Below are positions 52,034 to 64,000 of a stretch of DNA of 64,000 nucleotides, in pieces. Each line of letters begins with the position of its first letter. Position 1 is the stretch's first letter. The notes under the pieces were generated by a model, which searched no databases, had not been told where the DNA came from, and saw only the letters and a list, made by a program, of their open reading frames with translations. Where the stretch lies: the NCBI GenBank assembly GCA_964016885.1, contig OZ024742.1, positions 126,604,001 through 126,668,000 on the forward strand. Direction: 5' to 3'. The stretch comes from Eledone cirrhosa (taxonomy: Eukaryota). The position numbers were made by a program, and so were the translations under genes.

Positions 52034-54133
52034 ATGGCTACCAAAAAAAAAAAATTTCATACGTCACTCCCACTCATTCCGTCTTCTTCTTCCTCAATCA
52101 TCACTACAGGAGAGAGAAGATTGTCTCTCTCCCTCCCTTCTTTAAATGTGTCTCTCTCCCTACCTTCTCTTTCGCAAGCGACGAAAGAAAAGAAAAGTCT
52201 CGTGCAAAGCGTGCAAGGTTTCTCCACGACGACGACGACAGCGACGAAACAGGTGTGCGGGAAATACGAAAACCCAGTTCATTCGTCTGACGTCAGGAAT
52301 AATAGCAGTAGCAGCCGTAATAACAACAGCAACAGTGACAATGAAAACAACAGTAGCAGCCGCAACAGCATCACCAGCAGCATAAACAACAACAGCATTA
52401 GCAGCAGCAACACCAACAACAACCACAGCAACAGCGGCGGAGGCAGTAGTCGTAGTACCTGCAGCAACAACAAAAGTACCAGCAGCTCTGACGACAACAA
52501 CAACAGCAGAGAAAAACCAATCTCATTTGCAGGTATTGCGAAAAACCTGGAAACAATCCTCATAACAAATGAGGAATTAGAGGAAGCGAAGAAGATGGTG
52601 ACAAAGAACGGACACCGAGCAATCTGCAAGGCAGCGAAAAATTTTTTCGAAACCCAAGAGCACTGTACGGTCACGTACCGTACAGTAAGTACAAAATCCC
52701 GTAGGGTGGAAAGAGCCACAGAGGCCCAAATACAAAAAGCCTTGGGGTCTGTGTGGCAGAGGAAAACGCACATCACCCGAGGCAAAAAATACGCCACCGT
52801 AGACGTACTTTTTGCCACACCCCACGAGGCAAAGGCCCAATCAGTAGTGACCCTAAGGAGCGAGGAAATGGTGTTGGTGCCCTCCTACTGCGGGCAAAAA
52901 ATTGTGAGGGTCAAACTGACCCACGTCCCCCCCGGAATGACCCCTTCTTGGCTGGCCGCGTCTGTCCTCGTCGGAATCGAGGACAAAACAACTGTACTGC
53001 AAGTACAGAAAAAAGTAAGAGAAGATTGGGTCGGCTCCTCCATTGAGATGCTAATCCAAACCAACCAGGAGTGCATCGAAGCTATCCCGGATGTGATAGA
53101 CTTCGATAACGGCACTCAACTGCCCATAAGTGTTGAGGGCAAACGCCCGAAATGCTTTCGCTGTGGATCGAAGACTCACCTCAGGGCCTTCTGCAACGAG
53201 AAGACCCTGAGAAAGGAGAAAACCCCCCTCCTCCCGAATCCGGTTCCACGGCTACCAGCAACAGGACAAGCGGCAACCAGGAACGATAGGTCCGTGGCAC
53301 CCATACCCACTCCACGGAAATCAAAGACAGCAGCAGCAGTGGAAATATTAACAACAACAACAGCAATACCAAATGCAGCTGCAACAGAGACTCCAGTGCA
53401 AACATCACCAACAACAACAAGTGAAAGAGTGGAGCTGGTACCCCTCCCCGACCTTACAGAATCAGACATGGAGTGTGAGGTGGGAGAGGGATGGCAAAAG
53501 GTCTCAAGAAGGCACAAACGCAGAAGCAGCGCATCGTCGCCTTTGAAAAGGGAGGAAAGAAATGAGAAAAGGGTAAAGTCTACTGCAAAGAGACCCACAG
53601 CAGCAACACCACCAACACCATCACCACCCACACCAGCACCACCATCACCACCGGCGACAACCCCACCGCCAACAACACCTTCAACACCACCACCACAAGC
53701 ACCAACATCGCAAACACAACAACAAAACACACACACCCAGCAACAACGACAAGAAAATAGCAGAACCACACCCCACCCCCAGAAAAACAAATGCACGGCA
53801 ATAAACACACACAACAAGAAACTAATGACTTACATAATTGAACACACAGACATTTCACAACAGGACTACATAATACCAGCACCAATCAAAACGCCAACTA
53901 ACATAAGACTGCTAAAAATAGCACAGAAACAATACACAAACATTAAAACGAAATTTCCCAACGCAGTTGGTGATTTCAGGGACCTAGGAGGAACCATTAA
54001 TCGAAGAGTATATTCAGACATTCTCTTAGAAGAGCCGACGACCAGCCGAAGGGACGATTCAACGGTCCCTTCACCAGACGATCAAGTGAAAAGGGATGTA
54101 AAAACCATCCCTCCTCTACCAAAAATACGGTAA
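52034..54133 (+). CDS. Tx1-type ORF1, copy 2
   Basis: Protein identical to copy 1 in the ORF track. Confidence 0.9.
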   Translation: MATKKKKFHTSLPLIPSSSSSIITTGERRLSLSLPSLNVSLSLPSLSQATKEKKSLVQSVQGFSTTTTTATKQVCGKYENPVHSSDVRNNSSSSRNNNSNSDNENNSSSRNSITSSINNNSISSSNTNNNHSNSGGGSSRSTCSNNKSTSSSDDNNNSREKPISFAGIAKNLETILITNEELEEAKKMVTKNGHRAICKAAKNFFETQEHCTVTYRTVSTKSRRVERATEAQIQKALGSVWQRKTHITRGKKYATVDVLFATPHEAKAQSVVTLRSEEMVLVPSYCGQKIVRVKLTHVPPGMTPSWLAASVLVGIEDKTTVLQVQKKVREDWVGSSIEMLIQTNQECIEAIPDVIDFDNGTQLPISVEGKRPKCFRCGSKTHLRAFCNEKTLRKEKTPLLPNPVPRLPATGQAATRNDRSVAPIPTPRKSKTAAAVEILTTTTAIPNAAATETPVQTSPTTTSERVELVPLPDLTESDMECEVGEGWQKVSRRHKRRSSASSPLKREERNEKRVKSTAKRPTAATPPTPSPPTPAPPSPPATTPPPTTPSTPPPQAPTSQTQQQNTHTQQQRQENSRTTPHPQKNKCTAINTHNKKLMTYIIEHTDISQQDYIIPAPIKTPTNIRLLKIAQKQYTNIKTKFPNAVGDFRDLGGTINRRVYSDILLEEPTTSRRDDSTVPSPDDQVKRDVKTIPPLPKIR

Positions 54134-54168
54134 GTGGTCTTTCCCATCTTTTCCACTCTATTTTAAAC

Positions 54169-57100
54169 ATGACCTCACTCAGAATAGGCAGCATAAATGC
54201 GCGTGGCTTGGGGTCGTCATGGAAGCAGGGTCACCTGCTCAACGACCTCAGGTCACTAAACATAGATGTAGTGGCCATCAGCGAGACCAGAATCTCCGAA
54301 GCACGGGCCTTCGCACCGATCTTCGGCGGCTACGATGTGTACGCATCTCCCAGCCGTCCTGGATCCGGTGGAGGAGTTGCTGTACTTTTTCGGAGAGGTT
54401 TGGATCTCGCCATACGGGCCATCTTCCTGGACCCAGAGGGTAAGCTGGTGGTGCTGGACGTGACCAGCGGAGACGGGCAAGCTTTCAGGCTAGTGGCCGT
54501 CTATGCCCCGACAGGAGCAGGGCGGCCTGATTTCTTCCGGCGTCTGGAGACCTTTCTTGGAACGTCCCGCTCTTTAGTGTTAGTGGGCGACTGGAACGGG
54601 ATCTTAGATGCACGCTGGGACTGTGTGGGATTAGCGGATAGGGGTGGAGGGTGCAAGAGCCTCACCAACCTGCTCAGGCGTTTTGAACTGTCTGACAGGT
54701 ACCGATTGGATTTCCCGAATGTGCCAATGTGGACTTGGACAAACCGCATAGGGTCATCCAGATCATATCTAGATAGAGTATTTTGTAGGGAAATAGATAG
54801 GTCTAGCATAGGCTGTCCACAATTCAAGATAGTCAGCTACACGGACCACAAATTCGTGATCTGTGTGCTTGACTTAGATAGGCTTCATAGACGAGGACCC
54901 GGCTACTGGAAGCTAAACGCGTCCTTACCAGCGCGCAAGGCCTACAGAGACCGGATTAGCGAACTAGTTAAGCGGGCGTTGACGGGGGCCATCGTCAACA
55001 ACAAGTGGTGGTTTGCTCTGAAAAGAGCGATTAGAATAGAATCGATTAGGTTTAGTAAGGCTTTAGCAATAGAGAAAAATAGAGCAGAGGGAGAACTAGT
55101 TAGAAAATTAGACGAGGCGCTTAGCAAAGGCATTGCGACCGACGTGCTTGCGGCGAAATTGGCCCTTGACCAATTCTTCAATGCAAAGCACGAAGGCTGC
55201 GTTGTCAGAGCTAGGGTGCGTGCTCTCAGACACGAGGGGACGAAAGCCGTTCAATGGGCCCGAGTGGCGGAGGCGCGTCGTGGCAACAAAGCCACGATCC
55301 GGTCTTTGGTGGACCACGACGGGCGCATGCTACTCGATCCCGGGCAAATGTGTGAAACTTTTCAGCGACACTTCGCTCAGCTGTTCGGGGGCAGCGGGGG
55401 GCCGGGTAGAGGGATGGACTTTAGTGTCTACCTCGACGGGCTGCCGCGGCTCTCGGCCACTGAGGCGAGGTGTTGCGAAAAGCCGATAACAGCCGCTGAA
55501 GTACGGGAGGCAATGACTGGCTGCACAAGGGGTAAATCGCCTGGTTTGGATGGTCTGCCCTATGAACTTTACGTACAGATGCCAGACTTGTTCGGAGGCC
55601 TCTTGGCGGACGTCTACTGCAACTGGCAACAGAACGGGAGAATTCCCAGTTCTGTGAGCCGAGGAGCGGTGGCACTGCTGAGAAAGGATCCGAACAAGGG
55701 GGATAACATAGACAATTTCCGGCCCATAACTCTGCTAAACACAGAGTTTAAGATTTTGGCCAAGGTGCTAGCAAAGAGGTTGGCGCTTGTCGTTGGTGGT
55801 CTGGTGGGAGAGGCGCAGACATGCGCCATTCCCGACAGATCCATCCACGACAACCTCCACCTCATGCGATACATCGTAGAGAGGGTAGCTAGGGAACCTG
55901 GCACGGGTGGGTCCTTGATCAATTTAGATCAGTCGAAAGCTTTCGATAGGGTCGACCATCGTTACCTAGCGGCAGTCCTGAGGGCGGCTGGCTTTGGGCC
56001 CGTCTTCAGAGGCTGGATCGCTGCCATGCACAGCGACATCTGCTCTGTGGTGAGAGTGAACGGTCACCTGTCGGAACCGTTCAACATCATGCGCTCGGTC
56101 CGCCAAGGATGTCCCCTCTCGTCCCTCTTGTACGTATTGACTCTCGAGCCATTACTGCACAAACTGGAGACGTTGAGGGGAGTCCCGCGCGAACTAGGAT
56201 GCGGAAGATCCGTGTCAGCATATGCGGACGATGTCACCGTAGTGGTGTCGAACGCCAAACACATCGAGGCGATCGGCACTACACTAAGAGAATACGAAGC
56301 GGTGACAGGAGCAATGATCAACCAGGAAAAGTCAGTGGGCCTGCAGCTCGGCACCTGGAGAGGCAGGTCCATGCCGTCCAACAGCGTCGTCGGGCGCTGG
56401 ACGGACGGACCGGTTAAATTGCTAGGGGTCTGGTTCGGTCCGGACCTCCAGACGGACAAAAACTGGGACGAGGTGACGAGCAGGGTGGCTTCTCTCACCC
56501 AGAAATGGGCGGAGAGGAAGCTATCCCTGAAAGGTCGAGCGGAGGTGGCTAACGCGTACATCGCGTCTGTCATCTGCTACCGCCTAACCGTCGTACCTTG
56601 TCCTAAGCCTCGCCTGACTGCGCTGGAGCGTTTGCTCTTTCGCTTTTTGTGGAAGGGACGTGCTCCGATGGTCAGGCGGTCCATCTGTTGTCAACACCCG
56701 CTACGTGGAGGGCTGGGCATGCCGTGGCTGATGATGCGCAGGCACGCGCTCAGGCTACGACATCTCCACCTCTTCCTCGACGGTGATCAGGTGTGGTCGC
56801 CGTTTGCTAGACGCGTTTTTCCCCAGCTCGTTTCCTTGACGGAGCTGCAGTCCTGGGTCAAGCGAAGACCGAGAGGGAGCGCCTGGAGACTGGAATGTCT
56901 TCAGGCGCTCACAGCCCTCGACCAATCGGGCAATGTGATCGGTGGAAACTCCACCTCGGCGTTTTATAGAGGATTAGTGGAGGGGAAGAGCGACGACGTA
57001 CTTGGGGAAACTCTAGGCGTCGACGAAAATCAACTAGCCAATCTCTTCGGAAGAACTTTCGGGCCAGGGCCTATGGACAACTTCCAGAAATCTCTGGCCT

Positions 57101-57588
57101 GGCAGTGCTACCGAGGAGCCTTGCCAGTTCGGGATAAACTCTACAGGCATGGAGGTGCCGTCAGCCGGGCATGTCCGAGATGCGCGCAGGGCGACGAAAC
57201 CGTCCTGCACGCACTCGTCCAGTGTCCGAAAATTGCTGACTTGTGGGTTTATGTCGAACACCTGCTGTCGCGTTTAGGACGGATCCAGCTATCATCTGAG
57301 TCCATCGTGAGGATTGCCCCGCCCTCCTCCTTTAGCCGGGAAGGGCAGGCAGTTTTTATCTGTCTGGTGGCCATGGCGAAAGAGATAGTATGGTGGACAC
57401 GTTTGAAAGGGCTGAAGACGAGCACTTACCTCTTCGGTGATGCTCTGATTGACTTTTTCAAATTTCATTTGAAAAGGAAAATCAGAGTAGAGAGGGAAGT
57501 GCTCTCTTCCCAGCATTTTGTTGAAAGATGGGTGAGAGAAGCAAGAATGGCCCGAGTGAATGGGCCGACTCTGAGTATATATCTGTAA
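54169..57588 (+). CDS. Tx1-type ORF2, copy 2
   Basis: Same as copy 1 except R>Q near the C-terminus (GRIRL vs GRIQL). Confidence 0.96.
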   Translation: MTSLRIGSINARGLGSSWKQGHLLNDLRSLNIDVVAISETRISEARAFAPIFGGYDVYASPSRPGSGGGVAVLFRRGLDLAIRAIFLDPEGKLVVLDVTSGDGQAFRLVAVYAPTGAGRPDFFRRLETFLGTSRSLVLVGDWNGILDARWDCVGLADRGGGCKSLTNLLRRFELSDRYRLDFPNVPMWTWTNRIGSSRSYLDRVFCREIDRSSIGCPQFKIVSYTDHKFVICVLDLDRLHRRGPGYWKLNASLPARKAYRDRISELVKRALTGAIVNNKWWFALKRAIRIESIRFSKALAIEKNRAEGELVRKLDEALSKGIATDVLAAKLALDQFFNAKHEGCVVRARVRALRHEGTKAVQWARVAEARRGNKATIRSLVDHDGRMLLDPGQMCETFQRHFAQLFGGSGGPGRGMDFSVYLDGLPRLSATEARCCEKPITAAEVREAMTGCTRGKSPGLDGLPYELYVQMPDLFGGLLADVYCNWQQNGRIPSSVSRGAVALLRKDPNKGDNIDNFRPITLLNTEFKILAKVLAKRLALVVGGLVGEAQTCAIPDRSIHDNLHLMRYIVERVAREPGTGGSLINLDQSKAFDRVDHRYLAAVLRAAGFGPVFRGWIAAMHSDICSVVRVNGHLSEPFNIMRSVRQGCPLSSLLYVLTLEPLLHKLETLRGVPRELGCGRSVSAYADDVTVVVSNAKHIEAIGTTLREYEAVTGAMINQEKSVGLQLGTWRGRSMPSNSVVGRWTDGPVKLLGVWFGPDLQTDKNWDEVTSRVASLTQKWAERKLSLKGRAEVANAYIASVICYRLTVVPCPKPRLTALERLLFRFLWKGRAPMVRRSICCQHPLRGGLGMPWLMMRRHALRLRHLHLFLDGDQVWSPFARRVFPQLVSLTELQSWVKRRPRGSAWRLECLQALTALDQSGNVIGGNSTSAFYRGLVEGKSDDVLGETLGVDENQLANLFGRTFGPGPMDNFQKSLAWQCYRGALPVRDKLYRHGGAVSRACPRCAQGDETVLHALVQCPKIADLWVYVEHLLSRLGRIQLSSESIVRIAPPSSFSREGQAVFICLVAMAKEIVWWTRLKGLKTSTYLFGDALIDFFKFHLKRKIRVEREVLSSQHFVERWVREARMARVNGPTLSIYL

Positions 57589-57848
57589 ACTAAAGGTGGA
57601 AAACTGGGAGAGGGCACTTGCCTTGGTGGTCAGGGTCATTGTGGCTTTTTACTGGGCTTTCTCCACAAATGTCCCTCCGAAGTCTCCCCCCTATTGGGGA
57701 ATTTTTCATTGTTATTTTCATTGTTATTTTTGTTACATCCTCTGTTTTTGTTTTTTTACACGCAGAAATGCCCATTTGTACCGTCCTGCATTGTCCTGCA
57801 CTGTCCTTAATGTCTACTTTATGTAAACCCTTGTGGTTAATAAAGAAA

Positions 57849-57916
<68 letters not shown>

Positions 57917-58130
57917 TTTTTTTTTTTTTTTTTTTTTTTATTGTGCAATGGCCATACTCGATAACGAGGGGGCAGCCATCATGTATGTATATGCAGGATA
58001 TCCGTAAATGAAACACCAAGGAAAATAATGCTTAATCTATTGCAAGGGAGGTTATTTAGTAGAGATAAAGTTTCATACACTTTACATGTATATGCTACCA
58101 TTGGTTTCGGATTTATATATATTTGTCCCG

Positions 58131-58198
58131 GTGTCCGATGAGGAGTCAGTTTCGAAGTGGTGGTGGCCATAACTGGACTTCGAAACCAATGGTCGCAC
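58131..58198 (+). ncRNA. Hammerhead motif with variant core (CCGAUGA), inside a 45-bp inverted repeat
   Basis: GUGU CCGAUGA [ggagucaguu..aacuggacuuc] GAAA CCAAUGG UC/ GCAC; arms 58065-58109 / 58181-58225. Confidence 0.7.
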
Positions 58199-58228
58199 AT
58201 ACATGTTAAGTGTATGAAACTTTATTTA

Positions 58229-58300
<72 letters not shown>

Positions 58301-58476
58301 CTGAAACGAAGTCATCGCATAGGACCGAAATACCTTCGATCGTTTTCCCACTCACTCAGTGCTTTAATCAAGCCAGTATCATTAAGATACCAGCCAAACG
58401 GAAAGCAGAGTGCACACTTATACATTAAATAGTGAGAAAAACGATTTCGTGTGGGTAGAGCGCATGATTCTCTGGC

Positions 58477-58579
58477 CCAGGAATAATGCATTAGTTTCTG
58501 CTACTCCACCTGGCGTGCACAGAAATTAAGCAATGCTATGAAGCATTACGTAATTGGCTATGATCAACTCATCAGCTAG
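58477..58579 (-). ncRNA. Decayed hammerhead motif
   Basis: Minus strand: CUAG CUGAUGA .. GAAA C-UAAUGCAUUA-U UC/ CUGG; palindromic stem III with one mismatch; weak stem II. Confidence 0.45.
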
Positions 58580-58623
58580 AAATTGCCCGCCTCTCTCTCT
58601 ATATATACATATATACTCTCTCT

Positions 58624-58734
<111 letters not shown>

Positions 58735-59338
58735 AATGGAGTAAACGTTCTGGAAATAATTCTGAATTTTATATTGTATGAAATTCATGAAAAAAATGTC
58801 AGGTTCATAAAAAAAATTCAACTACCATGTAAACAAAATGGTATTTACATTCAAAAATTGAAAAGAAATAAAAAAGACCGTTATACGAACTACAAATAAC
58901 TACGAATTTAATTTAACCCTATTTCGTTGTATTTCAAATGAAAGAAAATGTCTATAATTTTCAAATAATTTCGAAAAACAATCAGGAATTTTGAGAGATA
59001 CAGTAATAATCTTTCTTATTATCGAGATGGGTTTTTTTTAAATAAAAGGTGCGGAGGGTGTGTGTGTATGGGGGGGGGGGGGGGGGTATTGGCAGAATTA
59101 CTAGCGCGTGGGACAAAAGCCTTAAGGCCTTTTAGTACGACTTTCTGCGTTCTAAGTCCAAATCCCACGGAGTAAAACTTAGCCCCCCTTCATCCTTACG
59201 TATAAAGTATAAAGTCTGTCTTTCATATTACCACAGTCTACTACCCCAAGTATCGAGTACTCTGGTGAATAATAATCTAACCGGTTTTTACTGCATCATT
59301 CTCATTTATATATATATTATGTATATATATATAATATA

Positions 59339-59420
<82 letters not shown>

Positions 59421-59669
59421 TTAGGTACTTTTAATTTTAATATGCTACTATAACGAACTATGTATTCATTCATTCTATACAGATCGTCTCTTGTTAAAGT
59501 TTAATATCTCTTATTATACATTGATATCATTAGATATTTATGTGTATATATATGTCATTCACTATTTTGTAATGATTAAATGCTCGGATTTATCCATTGA
59601 ATTTTTTCTTTGACCTTATTTTGACACATGTTTGAGATTATCTCAAACATGACACCTATAACTTTGAAT

Positions 59670-59720
<51 letters not shown>

Positions 59721-59915
59721 CTGTCGAAACGGCCGGTGCTCAGCCGTCAGGGTCCTGACTCTTTTTCTATTACCCACTCTACTACCTTAAGTATCGAGTA
59801 CTCTGGTGCGTTATGGTCAACCTGGTTTCTTACCACACTTTCTTTGTTATATATATATATATCAAAAGCGTGAACCTAATAAACCACTATTTCTACTGTT
59901 TTTGTTCCTAAGATT

Positions 59916-59987
<72 letters not shown>

Positions 59988-60587
59988 CATAAATATGGTA
60001 AGTGTGGTAAGAAAAAATATATAAATATATATATATATTTATTAAAATAACAGATTAAAGTTTAAACAAAGAATCGCTGCTTTCACCCCTGAAACTAACA
60101 AAGTCAATCTGTAAACGCAGAAGTGGATATTTCAAAAAACGTTGCAACCGGAGGAAGACAGGAATACGATACTTTGGTTCGTGGAAACGTTCCCTGGCAA
60201 AGAACGGGAAAAAACGAATATAATACGTCATTAATAGGAGCGGTGAAAAACAATTACGCGCAAAGAGAGAACCACGTTAATTGTATAAAAGAGGTCGTAG
60301 ACTAATGTTCTCTCTCTCTATATATATATATGGACACAGCACTACATTCCTACTGATCTGATCTAAGGTATAAATACATCAACAAATCCTCAATAAATAA
60401 GTTAATAAGGATTCAATGGTAAAGTAAAAGATAGTATACATAGTAAACAGTATAGAAAGTGTGTATAAGAACTGCGACGTTAGTTTATATGATAATTATA
60501 GAGTAGAGAGTTACATGACACATTAACCAGAAGAAACACATGCGAAAATACATGTCTGCCAGGCTGACTGTCTGTATCTATCTATTG

Positions 60588-64000
<3,413 letters not shown>

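Larger units (their letters stand above)
51821..57850 (+). mobile_element. Full-length Tx1/L1-clade LINE, copy 2 (6087-bp period), pure (ATT)n tail
   Basis: Direct repeat of copy 1; (ATT)n at 57851-57915. Confidence 0.95.
41655..57990 (+). mobile_element. Full-length RTE-clade LINE (5' UTR, ORF, microsatellite-rich 3' UTR) interrupted by the Tx1 dimer; 5' boundary may lie further upstream
   Basis: 5' UTR and 3' terminus (gcaatggccatactcgataacgagggggcagccatc, CTCG-ATAA-CGAG hairpin) are linked by their fusion in the derivative at 35726-36402. Confidence 0.8.

Noticed and set aside
42317-57639. Numerous 60-210-aa antisense or alternate-frame ORFs within the LINEs
   Set aside because: Shadow ORFs of long coding sequences with no motifs

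Overview
Repeat-dominated, AT-rich animal genomic DNA. The SINE families and microsatellite density suggest an octopus or other cephalopod (inference). No host gene can be called with confidence, and most ORF-track entries are microsatellite or antisense artefacts. Real coding content is retrotransposon-derived: (1) an intact RTE-clade LINE ORF (42035-45580; APE, RT and three C2H2 fingers); (2) two full-length head-to-tail Tx1/L1-clade LINEs (45734-51763, 51821-57850) nested in the (ATT)n of that RTE's 3' UTR, whose true 3' end reappears at 57941-57990; (3) a decayed 5'-truncated Tx1 relative in (TATC)n (32223-35437); (4) R4/Dong-like RLE fragments and an RTE 3' fragment. There are also about 20 tRNA-derived SINE copies, a non-autonomous Helitron, a MITE-like foldback and several satellites. 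The main hidden signals are: at least seven complete type I hammerhead ribozyme motifs plus several half-motifs, all in short unrelated inserts in (TA)n and many with inverted ends (Penelope-like pLTR remnants); a candidate 53/62-nt intron that would fuse Tx1 ORF1 to ORF2 in frame; a Tx1 dimer that looks identical over 5.1 kb but differs at about 10 sites in the last 0.85 kb; and a bipartite RTE derivative that keeps a 5'-3' UTR pairing and carries a twin-priming-like inversion. All folds and alignments were done by eye.
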